A stretch of 19,736 nt of DNA from Octopus sinensis (lineage: Eukaryota). Under the pieces are notes generated by a model that saw only the letters and a program-made list of their open reading frames with translations, did not search any database and was not told the origin of the DNA. This document shows, in pieces, positions 1-8,905 of the stretch; position 1 is the first letter of the stretch, and each line of letters opens with the position of its first letter. Made by a program: the position numbers and the translations under genes. The DNA lies in contig NW_021824125.1 of assembly GCF_006345805.1 (NCBI RefSeq), positions 1-19,736 on the forward strand. The letters run 5' to 3'.

Positions 1-17
1 TGTTTGGTTGATAAGGT

Positions 18-120
18 AAAGAGAGGGTGGGAGGAGGAGAGACAGACAGTGACAGACAGAGATGGGGTGAGTGAAAGAGAGAGAAGGAAAGACAGAGAGA
101 AAGAAACAGAGAGACAGAAG
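18..120. repeat. Purine-rich (GA)n/(GACA)n degenerate simple repeat
   Basis: Runs of gaga/gaca/gaaa visible directly. Confidence 0.6.
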
Positions 121-153
121 TGATTTAAGTCTGTGTTGATTTTCTTCTTTTGA

Positions 154-212
154 AATAATAATGATGATGATGGTGATAATAATAATAACAGCAGCAGCAG
201 CAGCAGCAATAA
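154..212. repeat. Compound trinucleotide microsatellite (TAA/TGA/CAG)
   Basis: aataataatgatgatgatggtgataataataataacagcagcagcagcagcagc. Confidence 0.8.
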
Positions 213-432
213 CCCCTTTCTTCTATGGGCAGAAAAGGTTGAAATTTTATGGGGAAGGGATAAGATGATTACAAGACGACCCCAGTGCTCAACTGGTACT
301 TATTTCATCGACGCCGGATAAAATACAAGGGAGATTTGTCCTTGGCGGAATTTGAACTCAGAATATGAAGGCAGAAGAAATGCCACTTAACATTTTGCCT
401 GACGTGCTAACGATTTTGCCATGCTCAGCGCC
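213..432 (-). mobile_element. tRNA-derived SINE, family A (older copy)
   Basis: Reverse complement aligns to the intact copy at 8468-8698: B box (gagttcaaattcc) and body ggggtcg...agtaccagttgagcactggggtcg. Confidence 0.85.
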
Positions 433-440
433 TTAATAAT

Positions 441-566
441 ACTTTCTGCTAAAGGTACAAGGCCTGAAATTTTGTGGGAGGGGATAAATGGATTACATTG
501 AATCCAATGTTTCAAAGCCAACCCCGGCGACATTTGAACTCAGAACGTAGCGGCAGACGAAATACC
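441..566 (-). mobile_element. SINE A lacking its own head, with internal deletion
   Basis: Minus strand reads ggtatttcgtctgccgctacgttctgagttcaaatg... and ends in the ggccttgtacctttagcagaaag tail. Confidence 0.75.
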
Positions 567-800
567 TACTTCTTTACTACCCACAAGGGGCTAAACACAG
601 AAGGGACAACCAAGAACAGAGAAACGGATTAAGTTGATTACATCGACCCCAGTGCATAACTGGTACATGTTTAATCGACCCCGAAAGGATCAAAGGTAAA
701 ATCGACTTCGGCAGAGTTTGAACTCAGAACATAGCAGCAGACGAAATTTCACCGCTAGGCATTTCGCTCGGCGTGCTAACGATTCTTCCAGCTCGCTGCC
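567..800 (-). mobile_element. SINE A, subfamily with the cccttgtgggtagtaaaga tail
   Basis: Full head (A-box-like tggaagaatcg, B box gagttcaaactc) and the same tail as 8468-8698. Confidence 0.9.
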
Positions 801-808
801 CTCAGCGT

Positions 809-809
<1 letters not shown>

Positions 810-891
<82 letters not shown>

Positions 892-909
892 TAATAATAA
901 TAATGATAA
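810..909. repeat. (TAA)n microsatellite
   Basis: About 30 near-perfect TAA units; source of the poly-Y ORF 810..1028. Confidence 0.98.
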
Positions 910-910
910 T

Positions 911-980
911 TACTTGTCTCTTGAGGTCTCTGGATGAGACTTAGAACCAACTTGTACAAATACAAAGCAAAAGTCAAGCA
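911..980 (+). mobile_element. Possible 3' UTR remnant of a (TAA)n-associated non-LTR retrotransposon
   Basis: Short segment (cttgtctcttgaggtctctggatgagacttagaacc, with gtctc/gagac hairpin potential) between TAA tracts. Assignment rests on recall only; the Dong fragments in this window lack 3' UTRs for comparison. Confidence 0.3.
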
Positions 981-1056
981 TATAATGATGCCAATAATAA
1001 TAATAATTAATGCTTTTATTGGCCACAAAGGCTAGTATAAATTAAAACATTAAATT

Positions 1057-1060
1057 AATA

Positions 1061-1146
<86 letters not shown>
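1057..1146. repeat. (TAA)n microsatellite
   Basis: Directly visible. Confidence 0.97.
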
Positions 1147-1362
1147 GTATAAAAGATGGGCTACAGCAAATATTCTGCTCAATACCACAGATTTACTTGT
1201 CAGTTGTTTGACCGTAACCAGGTGGCTGATGATATGTGCATCTCTGATCACAAGCAGAAGTAGTGAGGGAGTATAATAGCCATGTGCTGAGAGGAATTCT
1301 TTGGGGTTTGGATAATTTACTTCTGGAAACATGGGTGTTCGTTCATCATCCTTAAACAACCC
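1147..1362. mobile_element. Partial copy of non-coding repeat B, inverted relative to 2055-2615
   Basis: Aligns to the reverse complement of 2295-2527 with a 16-nt deletion (ttgagcatgtcccttg). Confidence 0.85.
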
Positions 1363-1365
1363 GTT

Positions 1366-1445
1366 CAAATATTCTGCTCACCACCTTAAATTTGCCTGTC
1401 AGTTGCTTGATCTTCACTAGTTGAGGATGTCCCGTAGAGGCTGAC
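1366..1445. mobile_element. Second, more diverged fragment of repeat B
   Basis: aaatattctgctca...gtcagttgcttga...agttgaggatgtccc...ggctgacga repeats the start of 1165-1240 and retains the segment deleted there. Confidence 0.65.
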
Positions 1446-1459
1446 GACACGTATCAGGG

Positions 1460-1607
1460 ATCAATCAGTACTTCATTTTATCGACCTCAAAAGGATGAAA
1501 TGTAAAGTTGGCATCAGCCATGTGTGCACGCAGAACGGGAGAAACTGGAAAAAAATGTTGCTAAGCATTTTGCTCGATACAAAAAGGATTCTGCTGGTTC
1601 GCCTCCT
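1460..1607 (-). mobile_element. SINE A, degenerate
   Basis: gtacttcattttatcgacc...aaaggatgaaa...ctaagcattttgctcg...gattctgctggttcgcc match the family A minus strand. Confidence 0.65.
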
Positions 1608-1610
1608 CAT

Positions 1611-1675
1611 TAATTCCTTCTACTAAAGGCACAAGACCTGAACATTTTGGCAGGGAAGCTGCTTGTTAATTATAT
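1611..1675 (-). mobile_element. SINE A tail fragment
   Basis: ttccttctactaaaggcacaagacctgaacatttt is the reverse complement of the A tail. Confidence 0.6.
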
Positions 1676-1689
1676 AAAATCCTGTAAGG

Positions 1690-1835
1690 CATTTACGTTC
1701 TGAGTTCAAATTCTGTCGAGGTGGGTTTTGCTTTCATCATTTTGTGTTCGGTAAAATAATTACCATTTGCATACAAGAGTGACTACCTACTTCCGCATAA
1801 TATCAGACCTTGTGCCTTTAGTAGAAAGGATTATT
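1690..1835 (+). mobile_element. SINE A, head-truncated, degenerate
   Basis: acgttctgagttcaaattctgtcgagg...accttgtgcctttagtagaaagg. Confidence 0.7.
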
Positions 1836-1856
1836 TTTATGGACTGAATCGTATTA

Positions 1857-2047
1857 TTGGCTGAATTATTAGCACGCAGGACGAAATGCTTAGCGGTATT
1901 TCGCCCGTCGCTATGTTCCGAGGTCGACTTTGCCTTTCATCCTTTCGGGGTCGATAAATTATGTACCAGTTGAGTACTGGAGTCGATCTAATCGACTGGC
2001 CCCACCTCCCCACAAAATCCAGTCCTTGTGCCTATAGTAGAAAGAAT
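1857..2047 (+). mobile_element. SINE A with B-box deletion
   Basis: Head ttagcacgcaggacgaaatgcttagcgg; gttccgaggtcgac lacks the gagttcaaattcc segment; tail gtccttgtgcctatagtagaaag. Confidence 0.85.
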
Positions 2048-2054
2048 TATTATT

Positions 2055-2612
2055 ACTGAGTGAGAGAGCAGTGCATGCCATCAAAGTGACTCTGGGGTAA
2101 AAATATACGAAGCCCAATATACCCATCATGACTACCCGTCTGATAAGGGTACACTAGGTACATGCATCACAACCATATGTGCGCGACATGGTGATCTCAT
2201 ATCAAGATAAACAGCACATGACCTTGCAGGTGGGGCCCAGTTAGAATTTTCTTCAGGTCGAGTAACCCATCCAGTTCAAAAGGTCCCTGAATAAGGGTTG
2301 TTTCAGGATGTTGAACGAAACACCCATGTTTCCAGAGGTGAATTATTCAAACCCCAAAGAATCCCTCTCAACACATGGCTATGATGATCCCCCACTACTT
2401 CTGCTCGTGATCAGAGATGCACATCTCATCAGCCACCAAGGGACATGCTCAACTGGTTAAGATCAAACAACTGACAAGCAAATCTGTGGTATTGAGCAGA
2501 ATATTTGCTGTAGCCCATCTTTTATACCTAGACAAAATAATGTACATGATAACACTTCCAATCAGTTAAGATCAGAAACCACGATAGCCACTGCTTGGTA
2601 TTGCATCAGAGC

Positions 2613-2615
<3 letters not shown>
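2055..2615. mobile_element. ~560-bp non-coding interspersed repeat B bounded by (TTA)n
   Basis: Flanked by attattatt on the left and about 20 TTA units on the right; partial inverted copies at 1147-1445; no ORF; orientation undetermined. Confidence 0.75.

Positions 2616-2674
<59 letters not shown>
2616..2674. repeat. (TTA)n microsatellite
   Basis: Directly visible. Confidence 0.97.
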
Positions 2675-2678
<4 letters not shown>

Positions 2679-2823
2679 TAGTTTTACTGTTATTGTGTAC
2701 TTTCACTGCGCTACCACTCTGTGTGTTTTTCTGTACATGGTGCGATTTTCTTTGGCGTTATTATCTTTCAGCATTGAAAGTGCTCTGCGTTAGGTGTATG
2801 CCATACGTAGTGATATTATCTTA

Positions 2824-2920
2824 TACACACACACACACACACACATACACGCACACACACACACATATCTATCCATCAATCCATATATATACATATGTGT
2901 GTGTGTGTGTGTGTGTGTGT
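2824..2920. repeat. (CA)n...(GT)n microsatellite pair
   Basis: CA tract ~2824-2863 and GT tract ~2896-2920. Confidence 0.9.
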
Positions 2921-3228
2921 GGAGGCGCAATGGCCCAGTGGTTAGGGTAGAGGACTCGCGGTCGGAGGATCGCGGTTTCGATTCCCAGACCGGGCGTTGT
3001 GTGTGTTTATTGAGCGAAAACACCTAAAAGCTCCACGAGGCTCCGGCAGGGGGTGGTGATCCCTGCTGTACTCTGTCACCACTGTTTCTCCCACTCTTTC
3101 CTCTGTTAGCCTGCTCGCTTAGCCAGCGGGGTGGCGTCATTCAACGGCTAAAAACAATGCGAACGCATTGTGACCAGCGATGTGTAAAAACATCTGATGG
3201 TCTGTGGTCGGTCACGTGATCACGTGAT
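2921..3228 (+). mobile_element. tRNA-derived SINE, head E with tail type 1
   Basis: A box tggcccagtgg, B-box-like ggtttcgattcc; first ~170 nt shared with 9490-9853; ends in tcacgtgatcacgtga then (TA)n. Confidence 0.88.
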
Positions 3229-3308
3229 ATATATATATATATATTATATATATATAATATATATATATAATATATATATATATGTATATATATGTATGTG
3301 TGTGTATG
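3227..3308. repeat. (TA)n/(TG)n microsatellite
   Basis: Directly visible. Confidence 0.9.
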
Positions 3309-3317
3309 TTCGTAAGT

Positions 3318-4078
3318 GCTGAATTTTGGTTATGTATCTACCTGCATTGTTTTTTTTTATCATACCTAAAGCACCTATTCTTATAGGGATTGTATGTGTT
3401 TTAGGCTCCCCATTTCGGGCTATCTCTATTTCCAGATCTTGGTATTTCGATAGCAACTCCATTTCTTTAAGAGATACATTCTCATGTATTATGACTGATA
3501 AGTCGATCAGAAATCAGAATTTTCTTTTTTTGGGGGATGCGTCTAGACAACAATATCTTATTGATTAACCTTCATCTCCCTACGTGTGTGTATTGGCATA
3601 TCCCAGAGTATGATCGCTTTGTCATTTTCTGAGACTTTTACGGGGTATGTCAACAGCCTCTTTTTTTTTTTTTTGTTGGCATTCTATAGTGCTGGCACAA
3701 CTTCCATTGTGTCTAAGTCCCAAATGTGTCATGTCAGTGGGCATATTGTTACTTGGCCAAGACTGGGCAACCAGAGACAATATCATTTATTGCTTCTTCG
3801 CCATTACCACATATTCTCCAAGTACTTGATGTATCCTGCTTCATTATATGGTTTTGATGGTTACTGCAAAGGAAACCTTGATCCTGTGCCGCAATTAAAA
3901 ACCCTTCATTCTCTACTCTGAGTTCTGAGCTTCCCAGCCAGTGTCAAAATATTACTTTGTCTATTTCTCTCCTCCTCAGTATATCTGAGTATTTGCCATA
4001 TAAGGGATTTTCTTGCCCTCGTTTTATTATTGTATTCTGTAGTTCTAGTTTTTTGTTCCTTTACAGTTTTTGTTTTGT
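3318..4078 (-). mobile_element. R4/Dong-type non-LTR retrotransposon, pseudogenic C-terminal fragment (knuckle + REL endonuclease)
   Basis: Manual translation across stops and frameshifts: QENPLYGKY...ENEGFLIAAQDQ...RICGNGEEAINDIVSGCPVLAK...ILWDMPIHT...LIDLSV...LSKYQDLEIEI...IPIRIGALGMIKK, the conserved C-terminus of restriction-like-endonuclease non-LTR elements. Confidence 0.88.
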
Positions 4079-4403
4079 GAAGGCGCGTGGCTTAGTGGTT
4101 AAGATATATCACTCCCGGTCATAAGGTCTTGAGTTCGATTCCTGGCGGCGCGTTGCGTCCTTGAGCAATACACTTTATTTCACATGTTGCTCCAGTTCGC
4201 TCAGCTGGCAAAATTGAGTAACACATATATTTCAAAAGGCCGGCCTTGTCACATTCTGTGTCACGCTGAATTTTCCTGAGAACTATGTTAAGGGTACACG
4301 TGTCTGTGGAGTGCTTCAGCCACGTGCACGTTACTATCACGAGCAGGTTGTTCCGTTAATCGGGTCAACTGGAACCCTTGTTTTCGTAACTGACGAAGTG
4401 CCA
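4079..4403 (+). mobile_element. tRNA-derived SINE, head F (CORE-like middle) with tail type 2
   Basis: A box tggcttagtgg, B box gagttcgattcc, gtccttgagcaa segment; ~4230-4403 aligns to the tail of 9490-9853. Confidence 0.85.
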
Positions 4404-4525
4404 GTTAGTTTTTGTTATTTCTTCTTTTTCTTCGTAACTACTAGTTTGTATTTTTTTTTGTTTTCTTGGAGCGAGAAAGCAGTTTTTTGTTTGTTTTATT
4501 AATTTTTTTTCACAATTATCTGCAC

Positions 4526-4600
4526 CTTCTTCTTCTTCTTCTTCTTCTTCTTCTTCTTCTTCTTCTTCTTCTTCTTCTTCTTCTTCTTCTTCTTTTCTTC

Positions 4601-4641
<41 letters not shown>
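4526..4641. repeat. Compound (TTC)n(TTA)n microsatellite
   Basis: Directly visible; source of the poly-E/I/L ORFs. Confidence 0.97.
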
Positions 4642-4644
<3 letters not shown>

Positions 4645-5049
4645 TCCACCTTAGCGAATGCGGAGGTATTGTTTGCAGTTGTGTTTGTCTGTTTGTTTGT
4701 CCGTGGACAAGATATCTCAAGAACCGCTGGATGGATTCGGATGAAACTTTCAGGTATGTTTGGCCTCATGACTGGCACGAAACGATTAAATTTTGGGATC
4801 GATCCGGTACCGGACAAGGAATGGTGATTTTTGTGAACTTTGGCTTGTATTAGATAAGGATAAACTATGTATTACTGTTACTAAATATTCTACAGCCACT
4901 TTCACATTCCATGACTAACAGTGGGATCGATCAGGTACGGGACTAGGATTCTGGATTATTGTTCCATTTTTTTTTTTTTTGCTTAATTTTTGAGAGCGGT
5001 CGGGTTCATTTTTAGTATTCTCGTTTGTGAGAGCAGTCGAGTTTATTGT
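4641..5049 (+). mobile_element. HINE/DINE-1-like (Helentron-associated) non-autonomous element, 3' end missing
   Basis: 5' inverted repeat TACCTCC (4641-4647)/GGAGGTA (4662-4668) after a T-rich site, followed by GTCT/GTTT simple repeat, the typical HINE layout. The 3' subTIR and hairpin are absent because the element abuts a Dong fragment. Confidence 0.55.
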
Positions 5050-5760
5050 AACCGTCTTGAGATGCCACATCTTTTCGATTTCGATTAGCAGATCTTTATA
5101 TTTTCTGGGCTTATCAAATTCTTTTGCCGAGATATTATGGTCATAGGGTATGCTCATGTCAATCAATAAACGGAAATTATTGTTTTCGTCTTTCACAATA
5201 ATATCTGGTTTATTTGCCTTGATGGTCCGATATGTACATACTGGCACGTCGCAAAGAATAGTTATATTTTCTCCCTCAGTTGCAGCCTCAGGGTGGTGCT
5301 TGTACCATTTGTCAGCAGTTTTGATTTTATAATGCCGACACATTATCCAGTGTAGATATTGGATAACTCTGTCGTGTCTTGATTTATACTACACAAGTGC
5401 TAAAACCTTACATCCAGAGATTAGGTGGTCGTCTGTTTCAATCTCATCGTTGCAGTATCGGCACTTTGGGTCTACACCATTTTTCATCACATTGGCTTGA
5501 TAGCACCGGGTCAATAAGCTCTGATCTTGGGCAGCCAAGATAAAGCCGTCACTCTCTGCCTTTAGTCCTGGGCTCCGTAGCCACTGATAGATTGTGCTTC
5601 TGGTCTACATCAGCTTATTTGCTACTGGCCACATATTTGCAATGCAGAGAGGCTTTTGTTCCCACCTACCAGCCAAATGTTCGAGCGCATTTTGCTTTGC
5701 TATTGATTTCACTTTCTTTGCAACTACAGTTGCTGCACTTCCCTCATGCTCTTCAACATG
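5046..5760 (-). mobile_element. R4/Dong-type non-LTR retrotransposon, pseudogenic C-terminal fragment (CCHC knuckle + REL endonuclease)
   Basis: WEQKPL...YQWLRSPGLKAESDGFILAAQDQSLLTR...KCRYCNDEIETDDHLISGC...RHDRV...NKPDIIV...LIDMSIP...KYKDLLIEIEKMWHLKTVT: CCHC, RHD and PD-(D/E) motifs; includes track ORF 4915..5343. Confidence 0.93.
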
Positions 5761-6160
5761 GCTATTATCATCATCATCATTATAAGAAATAACCATTATT
5801 CTTCCTAAAACAATTACCAACTATTGCATTCATGTGTCTATATGCCTTATCACTCTAACATTTTCGTCTTGTCATGGAGTACGCAGAACTGATTAACTCA
5901 ATAATTACTGTTTGTGATTAACTAACTAACTGACTAATGAATAAAAGAACTAACTAAATACATGTCCACAGAAAAGACACACAGACACAAACATATTTCA
6001 TTCGTTCGCTGCATTTTACATCTCATTTTGTAGTCATGTTTGAAAGTGCAGACATTTTTTCCTGTAAAATGATATGTGAGGAATCCATTTGTAAAATCAC
6101 CTGTGGATATCTGCAGAGAACGGAAATGAGAGGATAAGAACAAAACTTTTCTAGTGCGAA

Positions 6161-6310
6161 TATGTGTATGTGTGTGTGAGTGTGTTGTGTGTGTGTGTGT
6201 GTGTATGTGTGTGTGTGTATGTGTGTGTGTACGTGTGTGTGTGTGTGTCTGCATGTACGTGTGTATGTGTGTGCCTGCACGTGTGTGCGGTGTATACGTA
6301 CGTTTGTATG
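6161..6310. repeat. Degenerate (GT)n microsatellite
   Basis: Directly visible. Confidence 0.93.
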
Positions 6311-6772
6311 CGTATCATATACTTACCGCTGCAGGGGTTTTGAATTTATAACGGACAATATTCCTGGCATTCAACCGTTATAGCAAATTTAAGTTACCTC
6401 CCCTCTTTACGCTTAACCAGCTCTCTTTTATAAAAAAAAGTATAATGAATTCTAAAATTTAATTTCAAACTTCATCCACTTTGTGTTCCTCTATATTATA
6501 CTGAATAACCGGCATTATTTCTAACTCCACCTACTTTTAACACATTCGTAGTTTTCCTCTATTCTTTTCTTCAAACGTATTTTTGCTTGACACATATATA
6601 TATAATGGTCTTAACCCTTTTACAATAATTTCGGTGAATTTTATTCCAGCTAGCAATTAATTACATTCAGGGTAGGAAATTAATAGATTTAATTAACTAA
6701 AACTAAAATACATTGCTTTTAAACTTGCTGAGTCTAAGATTTTGGATCCGTCTGTCTTTATGGACGCATATT

Positions 6773-6960
6773 TAAATATTGGTACAAGGCAAGCAACTTC
6801 GGAGAAGGTGGATAAGTCAGTTGCATCCGACCCCAGTGTTCAGCGGGTATATACTTTATCGACTCTGAAAGGATGCAAAGCAAAGTCGACCTCGGCGGAA
6901 TTTGAACTCGGAACATTGAACACTGATGAAATATCGCTAAGTAATTTTCGCGGCGTACTG
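6773..6960 (-). mobile_element. SINE A, tail variant 3
   Basis: aaagtcgacctcggcggaatttgaactc core; aaatattgg...caaggcaagcaacttcgg tail. Confidence 0.8.
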
Positions 6961-6961
6961 A

Positions 6962-7392
6962 TTTTCAGCACTGAAAGTATACACCGTATCAACGAGGGAA
7001 CTGACTTGGAATTCATCTTTACCATAAAGTTTGAGGGAGGTCATCCATGAATAACAAGTGGTTCACCTTTTGCTGGTGGCTATTGAATACATACCCAGCC
7101 TTTGCTTTCCTCAGAATCAGTGTCAGTGGTATCAAGCACAGTACAAAGATCAGTGGGGACAGGCAGTCCCCTTGGAAGATGCCTCTCTTGATTTCTATTG
7201 TCCCTAAACTTCTTCCATGTGCTGTCAGTTCCGTCCTCCCTTTCGCCATACTTTTTCCAAGCAATCGCTCAACATTCAATGCAATATCAAATAGGTTCCA
7301 TAATCCAAGAATGTGGGATCATGTACGCCTTACGATAATCGATTCATGACATGGCTAAGTTGGTTTTCCTCCTCTTGCAGTCTCTAAGCTCA
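6962..7392 (-). mobile_element. R4/Dong-type reverse transcriptase fragment (pseudogenic)
   Basis: LRDCKRRKTNLAMS*IDYRKAY..IPHSWI...RGIFQGDCLSPLIFVLCLIPL...NHLLFMDDL, then an extra CCTC frameshift, then KLYGKDEFQVSSLVDTVYTFS. Confidence 0.93.
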
Positions 7393-7410
7393 GAGCCTTG
7401 ATGCACATTT

Positions 7411-7632
7411 AAATATTGGTTTCAAATTTTGGCACAAAGCCAGCAATTTCGGGGGAAGGATTACGTCCATTACATCGAACCCAGTGTTCAATTGCTGCTT
7501 ATTTCATCAGCTCCAAATGGGCGAAAGGTAAAGGTGACCTCGGCAGAATTTGAATTCAGAGCGAAGAGTCGGACGAAATGCTGCTAAGCATTTTTGCCTG
7601 GTGTCCTAACGTTTCTGCTAGCTCGCTGTCTT
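7411..7632 (-). mobile_element. SINE A, tail variant 3
   Basis: Head gctagctcgctgtc, core gacctcggcagaatttgaattcag, tail aaatattggtttcaaattttggcacaaagccagc. Confidence 0.82.
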
Positions 7633-7903
7633 AATGTATGTTTAAATATTGAACCCTTTTAAGCTAAACATTTTAATACGAATTTAAAAACCTTTAACCA
7701 TCCAAAATATCGATACTCCTTCTAGCAAAGTCTATTTAATTAATTGAAAACTCACAGCTTTAGCAAACAACTAACCTGATATTCATTTGTCTATGAAAAC
7801 AAGAAGAATATCTGGACAACTTCAGATTTGCATTTCAATCTCTCGCGTGGTCATCTATAAACAAGCTTCTCAGAATTCGGAAGAGGAACTTTCCGTTTAT
7901 TTA

Positions 7904-8110
7904 AAATATTGGTTACAGATGTTGGCACAAGGCCAGCAGTTATGGAAGAGTGGGTATGTCAATTACACCGACTCCAATGCTTAACTGGTACATATTTTAT
8001 CGACCCAGAAAGAACGAAAGGTAAAGAGGACTTCGGCAGATTTTGAGCTCAGAACATAAAAAAATGGACGAAACACCAATAAGTATTTTAACCGGTATGC
8101 TAACTGGTTC
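7904..8110 (-). mobile_element. SINE A, tail variant 3, degenerate
   Basis: aactggtacatattttatcgacc...cttcggcagattttgagctcagaac. Confidence 0.75.
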
Positions 8111-8467
8111 ATTTGAAATATTAAATTTATAAAGATAAGCATTCACTTCATCTTTAAACTAAATGCAAAATAAAGAATACCAAACCTCGAAAAATAATTT
8201 GTGCCCCGATAAAGCCACAAACAAAAAAGGCAATGCTACATGCCATTTATACGTTTCCATCTCTTCCGCAAAAACTTATGAGCAACCAATGGAACATTCT
8301 GGGTGAGATCACCTTCAGAGGCGAAAAGGTGGCAGATATCACCTTATTACTCATAAACAACCTTATTTCCCATTTAAGAACTGTAGTAGATTAACTAGCA
8401 GACCAATTAACTTAGCTAAATTAGACAAGTATAATAAGTAATCACAGATAAAATTATTCCAAAGCAA

Positions 8468-8698
8468 GACGGCGAGCTGGCAGAATTGTTAGCACGCCGG
8501 GCGAAATGCTTAGCGATATTTCGTCTGCTGCTACGTTCTGAGTTCAAATTCCGCCGAGGTCGACTTTGCCTTTCGTCCTTTCGGGGTCGATAAATTAAGT
8601 ACCAGTTACGCACTGGGGTCGATGTAATGGGCTTAATCCCTTTGTCTGTCCTTATTTGTCCTCTCTGTGTTTAGCCCCTTGTGGGTAGTAAAGAAATA
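8468..8698 (+). mobile_element. SINE A, best-preserved copy
   Basis: A-box-like tggcagaattg, B box gagttcaaattcc, tail ttagccccttgtgggtagtaaagaaata. Confidence 0.92.
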
Positions 8699-8905
8699 AG
8701 AAACGTTAACACGCCGGACAAAATGCTTAGCGATGTTTCATCTGCTACTACATTCTGAGTTCAAATTCTGCCGAGGTCCACTTTGCCTTTCATCCTTTCG
8801 GGGGTCGATAAATTAAATACCAGGTGCGTACTAGGGTCGATTTAATATACTGCCCCCCCCCCGCCCCCAAACTTTCGGGCGTTGAGCCTAGAGTAGAAAA
8901 GAAAA
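8699..8905 (+). mobile_element. SINE A lacking the first ~15 nt, fused to the preceding copy
   Basis: Starts at agaaacgttaacacgccgg and ends with the gagcctagagtagaaaag tail. Confidence 0.85.

Noticed and set aside
1439-1450. CTGACGA/CTGATGA motifs inside repeat B and SINE A (also ~1225 and ~6923)
   Set aside because: No correctly placed stem II-GAAA-UH follows.
1611-1835. Inverted SINE A tails flanking ~110 bp, resembling a MITE
   Set aside because: Explained by two oppositely oriented truncated SINE A copies; no target-site duplication seen.
2921-2995. tRNA gene candidates at SINE heads (also 4079, 8468, 9853, 12265)
   Set aside because: A/B boxes are present, but I could not fold a full cloverleaf and each continues into a SINE body.
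6319-6337. atacttacc...gcagggg resembling the U1 snRNA 5' end, or a minus-strand donor with a small exon
   Set aside because: Similarity to U1 stops after ~18 nt; candidate exons have a weak acceptor or stops in all frames.
8301-8346. Cluster of cacctt/aaggtg short inverted motifs
   Set aside because: Arms are only 5-6 bp and I could not fit a known RNA fold.
8468-8905. CRISPR-like or prokaryotic repeat interpretation of recurring gtcga motifs
   Set aside because: These are dispersed SINE bodies without regular repeat-spacer periodicity, in a clearly eukaryotic context.
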